DNA from: the human T2T-CHM13v2.0 reference genome, Homo sapiens
Length of the DNA: 64,000 nucleotides
Strand: one strand, 5' to 3'
Assembly (NCBI RefSeq): GCF_009914755.1
Contig: NC_060929.1
The stretch's first letter is position 1. The number at the start of each line of letters is the position of its first letter. The notes beneath the pieces are model-generated. The model was given only the letters and a program-made list of their open reading frames with translations. It did not search any database and was not told where the DNA came from. The position numbers and the translations under genes are program-made. Below, piece by piece: positions 1-13,699 of the stretch.

Positions 1-1898
1 AAGAACTATGTCAAATACATTTCACAATTTGTGAAGATTTCTCACACATAAAAGCTTTTTTGTTGCCATTCCAGAGAGTATTAAAAACTTTTGAGTATGC
101 ATAAAGATCAAAAAGGAATACAGCTGTAACAGCTCTGTAATGCATGAAAAAGACTGCATATATCATGTGATTAACATATTTCTCCAACATAGGTGATAGA
201 GATGATATAAAAAGAGGAGGTAGCTTTATACTTCTGAAGGCATAATGCTTGTGAAGCCTGTGGATCTACAATGCTTATGACCTTCATATACATGATATTA
301 TACCAAGACACCTAGCAACATCTTAGTCAAAGAAAAAAAGTCAGCAAGCAAAAAATAATAATAATAATTTTTAAATAACTCAAAACTTTACTGGCATTTC
401 TCAAAAAATTATAGCTATGCGTTGATGAGGCCCACACTTTTTAAAACCCCTTTCCTTTTTTTCTTGCCCACCCATATCCCACAAATACCTCACTCAGCTT
501 CTCCCTCATCCATCTCTCCTACTCTTCCCTAAATTAATTTTGCAAGTTATCACCCACACATTTATTCTTCTTCACTGCTTTTCTCCTGATTATGTCTGTA
601 TAAACAAAAACTCAGAAGATCTAATCTGGCAAGCCAAGAAAGACCCTTTTTGAAGAATAAGGTAAGAGAGGAGAACAAATCAGGCCAAGCCCAAATCTTC
701 TTCGGAGGTTCAGAGATTTGTGTTACTCATTTCCCTTTCATATGGATCTAACAAATTATCCAAAATACCCTATCACTGCTTAATTTGACACTCTTCAGCT
801 TAATTTCATCTGTAACAGAGGAAGTTTACAAAGTTACTAAAATGAGGCTACTTTTTGCTCATTTTGGGTTAAGAATATAGGTCAAACCACTTTTAGAAAT
901 GGAGGAAAAGGTATTTCCAATTTAAACAATCAGAAATGTTTTACAATTGAAAAATTTTAGGAAATTATTTGGCAGATATTTCCCTTTTTCCCTCAATGCC
1001 TTGCACATAATAGTTTCTCAATAAATATTTCTTGGTTAATTAAACTTTTAGAGTAGTTTTCTAATTTCTCTTAAGGATCCAATCTTGTTAAATTTATAAG
1101 ATTTAATAAACTTGGAATTATTTATTAGCTCTACTTCCTTTCTATGGTACCTGGGTATTTCAAAGGAGATTTTCTGAGACATAAACATTGGCAATAGTAT
1201 TTCTAGTGCATCCTTACCATAGGAAGTAGAGCAGCTATCCAACAAATCCATTAATGACACATCAGCTGAGAGTTGATGAGGTGCTGTCAGAACATCATGT
1301 TAGTAAACACATTCTATTCTACTCTGACTCTTCAGAGAACTCATCCATACTTTAACTTCTACTGCCCTTCTCAGGTGTGCCTGCTTTCCTGTTCCCACCC
1401 AGACACAAAATGACTTACTGATTTTCATTTGTCCAAAACTGAGTATATAGTATAGCACATAAAAGGAAAATCTCAAAGCTATAAAGCATTTTGTTACACA
1501 GTCATAAGGGGAATCCACTTCCATTATTCAGAGGAATACATTCAAGCTGTTAATGACTAATGCAACAAATTTCTTTTTAATGTGGAAAAGAGGAGGTGTT
1601 GACATCATATCTTGATGAAGTTTCAAGTTCTCTTTCTCCCCTTCCCTTTTCTGTAACTTGTTCCATGTCCCCCTCTTCATATTGATATGTACATTTGTTT
1701 CTAAAATATAATCAGACTGAATGTGAATGTCTGCTTTTTCTGTGTGTGGAGAGTAAGATGCACTATTCCCTGCCATTCCTTCACACAACAGGAATGTTCC
1801 AAATGACTCTTATGTGCCAGGATCTGTGTTGTAACCTAAGGATACATAAAAAAGTAACCAAAATTCATAGCACTTATAGTCTCATCGAAGAGTTAGAC

Positions 1899-2092
1899 CA
1901 GAGGTTGACAAACCCTGTCCCATGGATTAAATCTGGCCCACCACCTCTTTTAGAAGTGAAATTTCATTAGAACACAGCCATATTTGTTTGCTTGTAATAG
2001 CAGGGTGGAACAGTTGCAATAGAGAGCGTATGACCCACAGTGCCTACAATTTCTACTCTGTGGCCCTTAACAGAAAATGTTTACCAACCTTT
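1899..2092 (+). mobile_element. MER58A-like hAT-Charlie DNA transposon remnant
   Basis: Starts CAGAGGTTGACAAAC and ends GTTTACCAACCT (degenerate TIRs); internal ATTAGAACACAGCCA and GGCCCTTAACAGAAAATGTTT match the recalled MER58A consensus. Confidence 0.75.
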
Positions 2093-2099
2093 TAGATAG

Positions 2100-3200
2100 A
2101 GAATAAACAATATATGATTGCAAATAGTGAGGTAGGCACTATAAAGAAAACAAACAGTTATGATGAAAGACAGTAAGGGCTGAGTGGATACAGTGATCTC
2201 TCTCAAAGGGGGATGTTTAAGCTGGGATTAAATGGTGAAAGGACTGACAACATGAAACACAACAGGAAAGAGCTGATATTTAGGGACCATGATGCTTAAA
2301 CAAGCAAGTGGCTCTGGAACAGATCTCCTGGCTTCCAATCTTGGTTCCAACAGTTACTAGAAAATGACCTCGGGTATCTCTTTGTGCTTTGGGTTTCTAT
2401 CTATACAATGGACATAGCATATATGTCTATATTTCACCGTGAATAGTCTATATTTCACCGTGAACACTAAATGAATTAATATGTGTACTAAATGAACAGG
2501 GCCAGGTACAGAGTAAACATTCAATAAATGTTAGTTATTGATATTTTTGTTCATTGTGTTATTGCTATTACAATTATTTCAAAACCCTGTGACTAAAAAT
2601 ATCTCGGCACATTCAAGGAAGAAGTACAAGAAAAATATTACAGACTGAAGCAGACAAGAAAGAGAGTGACAAGAGATAGCATACATAAAATAGACATGGT
2701 AATGTCTATTTTTTAAAGCATAATGGGAAGTCATTGAAGGTATTTTGGTCTGATAGTGATTGATACTTATGGTTTACACAGAACTCCTGGTTGCTTGTGG
2801 AGAATACCCTGGGAAAAGACAGGAGTTGAAGTGGAAACACCAATTAGCAATCTACTCCAGTAGTCCATGAAGAAGTGATGATGTTCTAGGTTGGGAGCTG
2901 TGCAGATAGAGAAAACTGTGTGAATTCAAGGTGTTTTTAAGAGGGAGATTCAACAAAACTTGCCAATGGATTTAATATGGCAGGTGAGGTACAGTAAAGA
3001 ATCAAGAATGCTCTGTCTTCTAGTAGAGCCATCAGGCGGATTACACTGTGAATGTGTACTGCTGTACTATTCAGTCCTATTAAGATAAGAAAGAATGGGA
3101 ATAAAAGGCTATGGGGGTGAAGTCAAGTTTTCAGCTTTGGACATTTTAACTTTTGAGTTGCTTGTGAGGCATCCAAATGGAAACATTAACAACTTAATTG
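2100..3200 (-). mobile_element. Degraded L2 LINE fragments, interrupted by a MIR
   Basis: Purine-rich antisense-L2 motifs, e.g. GGGAAGTCATTGAAGGTATTTT and TTTCAGCTTTGGACATTTTAAC; boundaries approximate. Confidence 0.55.
2310..2540 (+). mobile_element. MIR SINE
   Basis: GGCTCTGGAACAGA...TGACCTCGGG...GTTTCTATCTATACAATGG...CAGAGTAAACATTCAATAAATGTTAGTTATT matches the MIR core and 3' end. Confidence 0.7.
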
Positions 3201-3301
3201 GATATATAAATCCTAGTGTCTTATCACAACAGGTTGACTTCATGCTCATAGTGTACATCTAATGTGGGATGGCAGGGGCTTTGTTCATTGTGTTCACTCA
3301 G

Positions 3302-3669
3302 AGTATTAGTCAGCTAAGGCTGCTGTAACAAAATACCATGGACTGAGTGGCTTAAACAACAGAAACTTATTTTCTCACAGTTCTGGAGGCTGAATGTTTG
3401 AGATCAGGGTGCCAGCAAGGTTGGATTCTGGTGAGGACTTCTTTCCTAGTTGCAGATAGCTGCCTTCTTAAGGTATCTTCACATGGTAGACAGAGAGAGA
3501 AAAAGTAAATTCTCTAGTGTCTCTTATAAAGACACTAATCTTTTCAGATAAGGACCCCACACTATAACCTCATTTAACTTTAATTACCTTCTTACTCCAA
3601 ATACAGGTACATTGGAGGTTAGGGCTATGATATGTGAATTTTGTGGGGGACACATTTCAGTCCATAGTA
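3302..3669 (-). mobile_element. MLT1A/MLT1A0 MaLR solo LTR with 5-bp TSD
   Basis: GTATTAGTC...GGCTTAAACAACAGAAACTTATTTTCTCACAGTTCTGGAGGC...GGGGGACACATTTCAGTCCATAG; CTCAG duplicated at 3297-3301 and 3670-3674. Confidence 0.85.
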
Positions 3670-4032
3670 CTCAGGGGATGAGTCGATTAAAGCTCAATTT
3701 CAATGTGTGTTTGTACAATCATGCCAGCCATGAAAGAAGAATGTAGCCAATCCCACATTAGCATATAAAGCTTGTGCTAAGAAGTCATGGATGCCAATTC
3801 TACTCACACATCATTGGTCAAAATATATTACATAGTCATTCTTAATTTCATAATCAATGAGAAAATAAAATCCTATCATATGCCTGGAAGATGAAGAGAA
3901 GATTCTATGCACATCACTAGTGCATACCATGTTCTATCTTTCCGGACACTAATTATTTGGTTAACTCTTCTTCCCACTCATAAAATACATTTATCTTACC
4001 CCCAAAGGATACAGTCTCATAGTCCAGTACAT

Positions 4033-4471
4033 TGCATGGCAGGTGCACCTGACAGCAATAACTTAACTTAAGGATAACTTGAGGATGACCCTATGGTCTA
4101 AGAAGAATGTGTTTTCAGAGTTCCAAGCTAAGGAATCCAAGAGTGGCCAACCCAGAGATTCACTTCTTATCTGTGAAGGAAATCTGAACTCCTGACTCAT
4201 CCCTTGGAATGCAGGCCATACAGGGGATTTAGGCCCTTTCTAGGGGGGTAAATGGAGGTTGCTAGGTAGACATGCTAAGTGAAGGTGCTATACACACTGC
4301 ATGCTTTTTACAACCAGTAGCGGTTCTCCTGCCCAGCCCACCATGCAGACCATCCCTGTATGTAAGCTCCCTTCATAAACCCTATGTGTTGCTTACTGTC
4401 TCTGGATCTCTTCTTTGGCCTCTTAAAGATAGTGCCATCCCTATTGGAGTCAGGAGGGGTCTGGCATGACA
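4033..4471 (+). mobile_element. ERV solo LTR (LTR47-like)
   Basis: TG...CA termini; GGTGCACCTGACAGCAATAACTTAA...GATGACCCTATGGTCTAAGAAGAATGTG...GCTAAGGAATCC...GTGGCCAACCC resembles the recalled LTR47A consensus; subfamily tentative. Confidence 0.6.
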
Positions 4472-4848
4472 TCTACAACTAGCACCAAACTCAAAATTTA
4501 AGATCTAGGGTGATGTCATTTTACATCAAGTCCATATATGACTCCTCTCGATCTGGAGACATATACTTAAAAGAAAATTTATCTGTCCCAATGCAATCAG
4601 TATAAGATGGTATAAAGGGGACAGAAAAAACTCAATAAGCATTTCTATACAGAGAAAAATTAGAAAACACACAGGAAATATAATGTACAAGTTATTATAT
4701 ATAATGTTCTTTTTAATGGATGTATAGTATTCCATGGTATAGAGTTATCATAATTTTTAATCATTCATATATAGATAATTTTTCAGTATTTTCTATTGCA
4801 TGTAAAAATTGTTAAATATATTTTATAGTTATTTTTGTCCACATTCAA

Positions 4849-5640
4849 GTTTTTTTTTACTTTGATTTAAGCTTCAGGGGTGCAGGTTTGTTATATAGGT
4901 AATTTGCATATTGCAGGGGTTTGCTGTACAGATTATTTCATCACCCAGGTAATAATCATGGTACCCATTAGGTAGTTCTATGATCCTGTCCTTTCTCCCA
5001 CGTTCCACCCTCAAGTAGGCCTCGATGTCTGTCATTTTCATTTTTGTGTCCATATATTCTCAATGCTTAGCTCCCACTTATAAATGAGAACATGTGGTGT
5101 TTGTTTTTTTTTTGTCCTTAGATTAGTTTACTAAAAATAATGGCCTCCAGCTCCAACCATGTTGCTCCCAAAATACATAATTTCATTCTTTTTTATGACT
5201 GCATATTACTCCATGGCATAAACGTACCACATTTTCTTTGTCTAATCTACCATTGACAGGCATTTAGGTTGATTCCATGTCTTTGCTATTGTGAATAGTG
5301 CTGCAATAAGCATACAAGTGCATGTGTCTTTATAGAAGAATGATTTATAGTCTTTTGAGTATATACCCAATAATGAGATTGCTGGGTTGAGTGGTAATTC
5401 TATTTTAAGATCTTTGAGAAATCACCCTACTGCTTTCTACAATGGCTGAAACAATTTACATTCCCACCAGCAGTGTATAAGCATTCACTTTTCTCCACAA
5501 CCTTGCCAGCATCTTATTTTTTATAATAGCCATTCTGACCTTTGTGAGAGGGTATGTAATTGTGGTTTTGATTTGCATTTCTCTAATGATTAGCAAAGTT
5601 GAACACTTTCTCATATGTTTGTTGGTCATGTGTGTGTTCT
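4849..5640 (-). mobile_element. L1 3' end (L1PA15/16-like), 5'-truncated
   Basis: T-tail followed by antisense L1 3'UTR (GTGCAGGTTTGTTATATAGGTAA...CCACCCTCAAGTAGGCC) and the ORF2 C-terminus (GTGGTTTTGATTTGCATTTCTCTAATGATT). Confidence 0.85.
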
Positions 5641-8574
5641 GAGAAGAACTTTTAATTTTGTTTTAATCAAACTTTCTGCCTTTGGTAATGGATTTTTTTT
5701 CAGTGATTCATAGTCATTATGCTAACAGAAGTATTAATTGCATCATATAGAAAATGTAGAAGATTGGGCTGAATGTGTATTGATTTCCTATAACCTGAAA
5801 CTTGTGCTTTAAAAAAGCTTTCATTTTCACACAGTATTTTGTACATAGTAAATTAGTATTTGTTTTTAATTTATAAACTTATTTTCTTGAGTAAAATATA
5901 AGTCATTTTAATTTGGTAATTTTGTTATTTAGCATATGATTTTAAAATATTAATTATTTCTAACCCACACTTCAAATATATTCACTAAAAATTTTGTGCA
6001 ATATACAGAATTGTTAGAGGGCTGCTGGAATGATTGAAATGACCAAAGCCTCATGAATTTTAAGAAATTTCTAATTGTAAGCTCTTTGAAGTCAGGAGCT
6101 GTATACTATTCACTTTATTCACTTTTTTCTTTTTTGCCTTATTCTATTTTTAATTGTTAAAAACTTGGAAATTTTTTAAATTTATAAAGTTTCACATTAT
6201 ATATATGCATTACAGTTAATTTGATTCTTACAGAGTGGCTAATATATAGTCTTGCACATAACAAGAATCTAACAAATGTTTGTTAGGCTTAATTCTAAAG
6301 AAAGTTTAGAAAGATGGAGGTACAGTTCATTGGACAGGGCTAAGAGTAAGACATGAGATATATTCTGACAATGAGCATAAGTTTTATATAATCACTGGCA
6401 ATCAGAGATTAAGGAGCTTGGGTTTTGTTTATGCCAACCACCCATCTCATACTTGAATCCCCTCTACAAAATCCCTACAATTCAATGCCCCTGTAGTAGG
6501 AAAACCCTTCACCTCTAGCCCATCCTTTCTATCTCCAGAAACCTGTTACCTGACAAGAAAACAGAAATGAAAATACTAGATTTTGAAGCACACAGGGAAA
6601 GTGTAAAGAAGAAGTAATTAATCAACACAAACCCAAAATTAGGAGTTAATATCTATGGATACAAATTTTGTGATGTATTTCACCTTTGTTTTTCCTCTTA
6701 TTTTAAGAAAGAAATAGTGTGTTATAATTCAACTCATAGGTACAGCAAAGAAAACATAAGAAAATTTTAGAAGAATGTTCTCATATTATAAACTAAGGAA
6801 GATAAAATAATTTCAAGATTTAACACAATTAATACTAATACAATAAGAGAGTTGTTCCATACATAAAATGAATGTATGTTTCCATGGAAAGACAAATTCC
6901 TATTTATTATCAATTGTGTTCCAGTTTTTGTCATTACTCTAATTAAACCACTATCCATAAACAGAATGTTCAGTTTAATTTTCCAAAATGATACACAACC
7001 TAATAGAAAAACATTTGCCCGGTAAAAATTTTTCCCCTATTAGAGTACTATCAAATGTGAAGAAAAACCTACAGCATCACTAGTCTACATTGTATTTGTG
7101 TTCTCCTACTGCACTGACTTGCTTGTGGTGATACTAAGGAAACTACTGTTTAAGTAAGCCTGAGCTGAAGCTGTGCAAGATTTATTAAAACCTCTCGCAG
7201 TTGCTGTCTTTCTTACCTAAATTTAGGACCAGGTGCTGGGAGAAGCAGCGATACCATCTGAGAGCACGTCTCGCTGCAGGCTAGTATCCTAAAGTTGCCT
7301 GCAAAAGGGACTCCAGATGTCTTCTCAATGGAAAACAAAAAGGCAAATTTCATAAGCTTGAAAGTTAAATGGATGTTGCAGCTCAAAAATTTGAGAATTT
7401 GTCATCATTTCTCCCCTCATAAATCAGCATAGTAAGCAAACAAGTTATTCAGCATGGCCACTACTATTGACATATATTAATAAATAGTAATTTTCCAACA
7501 TATACAAAGTTGTAACTCACCACTTCCCTCAGAAGTTTCATCATCTTGGTTTTGCCATCTGGGCATCTCAAACACATGCCTATATCCCTTTATGAGCAGC
7601 CAGACACCCACCTTAGGTGACAGAAAAGAGTGAGGAGCCAGGGGAATGGTATAGAGGAAGAAGTTGCATCTAAATGTTGGGGCAAATATTTTTGTTCCTC
7701 TAAAGACTGGGGCAAATGTTTTTGTTCATTTGCTAAAACAAGAAGACATTAATTGAATGTTCACCTTGTACCATGAAATCCATATATATTACTGTATTCA
7801 GTCTTCAAAATAATCAAGTAAAGCAGGAGTATTTTTAACCTCTTTTTTTTTTTAACAAAAAGAACCATGGTGATTAAAGAACAGGAATTAAAGCCAGGTT
7901 TTAATACTGATTCCAATCGCAGGCCTCTTGTTCCATTGTCTCCAGCCACTAAAGTCATAGCTGACAGTCTCAGAGGGAAAGATACAGATTAACCTTCCCA
8001 ATAAGAGAGTAACTGGATGCAAAAATGAAGTTTCATGTATAGTGGCAAAAAGCTGAAATCTGGTAATGACAATTAATCAGGCTTCATGGTGAGTCCATGG
8101 TAAACAAATTGACTAAAGGTTTTGCATCTCCAAGAACTACTTCACTTTATGAAGACATCAGTTTTTAGAAAAGAGGATGCTAAACTGTATGCTCTCGATG
8201 ATGGTAATAATAAATTATTCTCTTTATTCTCTTAGTTTACCCCCAATTGATATTCCCAGTTTCTTTCATGTTCTTAGATAATGGTAATGTTGATGTCAAG
8301 GGTATTACTGCACCCTTAGCCTAGCCACACACTTAAAAATGAATGTTTTTGCTAACAAGAGAATCAAGCAAGAGAGTGTAGATATATTGAGTGAACCTCT
8401 ATCACCTGGACTAGATTACAAACATGTTTTCTATGGATGGTAATTGAAAGTACAACCCTGTTTCCTGATGAAGTTTCCAATGATGTTAATCTATAATGTG
8501 CAATTTTCCTTCCATTTGCTCTTTTAAAAAGTCTTGCCTATTAGCACTATATGACTTAATAAGAGTTTAATAGG

Positions 8575-8930
8575 TGATATGGTTTGGCTGTGGCTCCACT
8601 CTAATCTCATCTTGAATTGTAGCTCCCACAATTCCCATATGTTGTGGAAGGGACCCGGTGGGATGTAATTGAATAATGGGGGCGGGTCTTTCACACACTA
8701 TTCTCATGATAGTGAGTAAGTCTCACGATATCTGATGGTTTTATAAAGGGGAATTTCCTTGCACAAGCTCTCTTCTCTTGTCTGCTTGCCATGTGAGATG
8801 TTCCTTTCACCTTCTGCCATGTGAGGCCTCCCCAGCCACATGGAACTGTGAGTCCATTAAACCTCTTTCTTTTGTAAATTGCCCAGTCTTGGGTATGTCT
8901 TTTTCAGGAGAATGAAAATGGGCTAATACA
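8575..8930 (+). mobile_element. THE1 (B/C-like) MaLR solo LTR with 5-bp TSD
   Basis: TGATATGGTTTGGCTGTG...GAGGCCTCCCCAGCCACATGGAACTGTGAGTCCATTAAACCTC...CTAATACA; ATAGG at 8570-8574 and 8931-8935. Confidence 0.9.
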
Positions 8931-9003
8931 ATAGGTTTTGATTTGAAATGAGAGCATTTCTTAAAGCATCTACAATAGCTGTGTTTAAAATAACTTCTGT
9001 ATT

Positions 9004-9472
9004 GTGGGCAGCCATGGGAATGCATTGCTCAGATGTCCCTTCAGGAGAGCCTGTCATGAGGAATGTAGCTGAATGACAGCCAACAGCAACCACATCTTTG
9101 GATCCATTGCCACATTCATGCTAAAGTTCACTCCCCCAGGCTGTGCTCAGCCAATGACTAATAATCTAGTATCCTAAGCACATCAGGATACTAAAGCCAG
9201 ACTTTTTCTGACCAACACATTTCTCTGCTATCTCTCCTCTGAGACTCCACTGGACATGAGTTTCTCAGAGCTGCACAGCAGACCAAGGCCCTTCCTCCCC
9301 CATCCTCCCCCTTCCTACTCTCCTTTCACTGGTGTCAGACCTGTTTACTAGTCTGAAGGCTCTCCACGGCCTCCTCCTGCTTCCTCTCCTCTCTGTCCTT
9401 CACAGATGTTTCTTTCAATAAATCTACTGTATGTCTAATGCATGTCTTTTTCTTGGAGGACCTAAATGAACA
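9004..9472 (+). mobile_element. LTR16-like ERVL LTR
   Basis: TGTGGGCAGCCATGG...CAGCCAATGAC...CTCTCCTTTCACTGGTGTCAGACCTG...GTCTGAAGGCTCTCC...CAATAAATC...TTCTTGGAGGACC resembles LTR16C. Confidence 0.65.
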
Positions 9473-10194
9473 CTTGAAACTATTAACAGTTTTGTATTTT
9501 TGTTTTTATCTAAATTTTCACTGATTTTAAGCTTTAAATTTGTTGCACTTGAAATTTACAAGTTTCACCTCTGACTTGGATGGTATACCAAGTTACTGAG
9601 ACTTATGTTAGAATTCCTTCCCTATAAACTGACTACCCTTTAAAGATATTAGTCATCCAAGTGAGACAAGAAAGAATAAAAAGTTCTGTACAGTCAAACT
9701 CTTCCTTCCACTGGGAATTGATGGTTTTAGTTTTGATCTCCTGTTGGCATTTTTGCTTTGGCTTGCAGTTTCTTAAGCTCTTTTCCTGAATGGCTCTGTA
9801 AGCACCGAAGTGCATAATTTGTAGTAATTTAGACCTTGCTGTTGCAGATGAAAGAACTGGTAATAGAGGGACCAGTAGGAGATCAACCACAAAATACAGA
9901 AGAACAGGCCTTTAATGGTAGGCTCAGACATTCTTTTAAAAAACCGTTGGCCAGGACAAACTCTAAATGTGAGCTTAATATTACCCCTCACAAATAGAAA
10001 TGTGAATATCCTTCAAAAACCCTAGCTGTAAGACTTTTAAAACTCTTGGACATCTTGATATTTACATATTAGTTAGGGTCATTTTCTGTGGGTATTTTTT
10101 TTCTATTTATTCTATGAATCTAAGATCTATAAATACAAGACATTTGGGGATGGAGGGTGATTCCATTTCCTGATTTAGTAAATATTTATCTATA

Positions 10195-11290
10195 CCCATA
10201 CATACTCAGCCCCAGACTATCACTGGTCTGCTTTCTACCATCATAGATTAGATTTCCCCTTTCTAGAATATTACATAAATGGATTATACAGTCTACAGTA
10301 TTTTGTGTCTGTCTTCTTTGGTTTGGTTTAATGTTTTTGAGATTTATCCATGCTATAGCATACATCAGTAGTTTGCTCCTTTTAATTGCTGACTAGAACT
10401 TCATTCTATGAATATGCCGTAAATTGTTCATCCATTCACCTGCTGATGAACATCTGGCTATTATATTTTTGGCTATTAGGAATAATGCTGCTGTGTATGT
10501 GTGCAAGTCGTTATGAGAAATATGTTTTTATTTATCTTGAATAAATTTCTAGACGTAGAATTTCTGGGGCTTTTTATTTTATTAAACAATCAAGTAGACC
10601 AAATTATTTACTTTTGTAGGTGCCCTAGGTCATTCTACATTTATTTTCTCAGTTGTTAGAATAGTTCTTTGAAGTGTGTTTCCAGAGAAGCTATTTAGCA
10701 TGGTAGGTCTTCTGAGGCCTTATATACCAGTGAATATATTTATTGTGCCATCAAATTTTAATTATTTTTGCTGAATATAAAATTCTAGATTCAAATTTTT
10801 CTTCAACATTTTAAAATTATTACTCTACGCTGTCTTGCCATCACTGTTGAGAAGTCAGCTGTTGCCCTAATTCTTATATTTTTTGAGGCGGTCTGCACTT
10901 TCCTTCTGGAAAGGTGTAGTATGTTCTTGTGTGTTTCTGTGTTCTTAAATTTTTCTACTTAAATGAATAGTGTGTTCAGCTGTAGCTTTTCCTTTATCTT
11001 TCCTGCTTTACACTCTTTGAGATATTTTCAATCAATCTTCTATTCTCTTAGCATTCCTTTAATATATTACATATCTAATTTCCCCCAAATGTTTTCTAAG
11101 AGTTCCTCAGTTATATTCATTCTGCTATTTATTATATCCTTTGCATTCTTTATTTTTACTATTATATTTGTCATTCCCCATGCTTCCTTTTGGCTCTTTC
11201 TTACAAATACATATTTCTGCTTTACTTTACCAATCTTCACTTTCATATCTTCCAGGATATTGACTACACTCATTATAAAACTTATAATTT
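10195..11290 (-). mobile_element. Old L1M fragments
   Basis: Antisense L1M 3' motifs (ATAAATGGATTATACAG...GAGATTTATCCATG...CATCCATTCACCTGCTGATGAACATCTGG) followed by T-rich ORF1-like remnants. Confidence 0.6.
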
Positions 11291-13699
11291 ATATAATCTT
11301 AAGCATGTATAATGCACACAGTCAATATCCTAGGAGACAGAAAAGCAGCTGTGTTGTTCAGATTTTTTTTTGTCCCATGTGTGCTAATTTTGAGAGTATT
11401 AGAAACTTTGATTAATAATATCTAACAAAGGGATGGTTCAAAGACCAGTCTTCTGTCATGTGCCATGCCTGGTGGGTTTTAGGGATGGCACATATTTCAG
11501 GGTTCACCCACGCCTCATTCTGGATTTGACCACTATGCCCTTACCAGACAAATCAGCTTTACATTATACATACATCCCTATATGTCTATCATGGCATCAT
11601 CCTAGGTATTTTTTCTCTCTTCATTACAGCCACCTAACCTCAGGGGTATAAAGGGAAGGATGTGAGGAAGGAGAAAATTCTCAAGATCTGACCAATAACT
11701 TTGCCTTTGTTATTCGTTCTTTGCCCCAGCCAAGGTCTCTAATTCCTTCCTAATATTGCCAGTATAGTCCCTATGACATTGAGCTGGTGCTGCTGCTTTT
11801 CTGATTTGCAGTAATCATGGTGCAGACAAAGAAATCTGGAGGAAAAAAAATTGGCAAACCCAAAGCTTTCTCAAGAGAAATTTCTATTTCTCACAAACTT
11901 ATCTGTAATGAGTTTAACTAATATTTACTAATCTCTAAGGGAGAAGTCACTCAGAGAAAAAAAAAGACATTGGGCTCCATCTGACCCAATTCGATTTAGA
12001 AGAGAATTGAAGACCATCTCCCCTGTGTCTGCCACCCACCCTCCCCCTTTTGAAATGCAGCAAGCTTGAAGCAGGATGATGACAGCAGTTTGTGGGAAGC
12101 GGCCAACTCTGAGAGTGGGGAAAAAAGATAAGATTACCTAGGAATGCTTAAGGTAAGGGACATTTATTTTCCTACTTAGAGACAAGGTAAGACTTCCAAA
12201 GAGGACACTGAAAATATCTGAAGGGATAGAGTGAGGACATAGGCAGGTGCATGAAGATAAAGAGGAAGCCCAGGCCATTGCTGGTATTTTGATGATTAAG
12301 AACTGGCACAAATTAGTACCACACTCACAGTGAAAAAGGCAGGGCAGTGAACAGGGAAATGAGCCTTCCTGCTGCACTCTGCAGGGCTGATGCAAGAGGC
12401 CTTATAAATCTGGCCTGGAAAAATTTGGCCGCCAGGCTGTGAATGACCTTGGTGTTACTCTCTCCGGAATACCAACATGGGGCCGGGGTTCGGGTACGTT
12501 GGATACTGTGGGGTTCCTGCAGGTATTCTTCAAAATTTCTCAACCAAATAATGATGCAGATATTATTTACTTGTTCATAAATTATTTTCTAGACTATGGT
12601 ATTGAATCTGTTTGCCAGTTGGGAATTTGGGGTAGTCCAGCAATGGTTATTTCCCATTCTACCATGAGGGCTTCTGGCTGGAGCTTCAGGCTATATTAAA
12701 GCATAATTTCCTCTTCAATTTTAGTGAAAAGGCCTGGGTCTTTCATTCCAAAGTCATTTCTGACATCAGAATTATCTCACAAGTAAAGAAAGGGATGGTC
12801 GTATTAGAATTGCTTCCTCTGCTTTTTATTCTGCCACCCTCACCATCCATCTCAGAACTCAAGCTCTGAGCATATTTTAATTTCCTTCCGCATTGCCTAT
12901 GGGCATGAAGCACCAAATCAGCCTGACTTATGGGAGGGGCATATCCTCTTTTCACTAAAGCCCAGCTCTCAGTCCTTCAGCAACTGAAAGTCAGTGGCAA
13001 TGCAACCTTGGTGCTGCTGTGCTGCTATTGATCTCTTTGATGAAAAGTCACTACTTCCAGATCATATATCTCTTCTACTCTCTGGCATACCACATTAATT
13101 TACAGAATACAAATAAATTTTCACCCCACTGACAAAGAAATCTCCATGGAGAGGATCTAAACTGTTCTGAGAAATCCACATTCTGTTGGCCACAATGATG
13201 TTCCAATTTCACCACTAACCTGCTTTGCTTTCCTCTTTTCCTAGCTTTATTCTAGTCTTTAATTTTCATATACTTCACAACTTTCCAATCCTCTTCCCTG
13301 CAGTATAAGCATAAAAGTTTGCCTTGTCCATAGATGGTATAAGATGTGGACACTTGGATCAGACCTATTTCAGAATCTCCCCTTAACCTGATTATCACAC
13401 ACACACACCACCTTTACAAAGGCACTTCTTTGTTTTCACATGCCTAGATTAGACAGAAGAAAAGGTAAAAGTAACAAAACACAAAGTAAGAAAAGACTCT
13501 GAGTTGCAAATTTTGGAAATTAACCATAGGGTCTCTATGCTTCTGACCAAAATTCCTAAATGATAAACACCCTGTTAAGAAATGTTTTGTAAATTGCAGT
13601 TTTTCCAATAACTAAATATTCCTACATTCCTGACTACATGCTGGTAAGTTTTCTTTACAGTGTCTGAGGTGTGGGGAACAATGTGGAGAACGGTCTGGA

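Noticed and set aside
10963-11415. 150-aa hydrophobic ORF resembling a membrane protein
   Set aside because: T-rich antisense strand of a decayed L1M; the Phe/Ile/Leu bias is compositional
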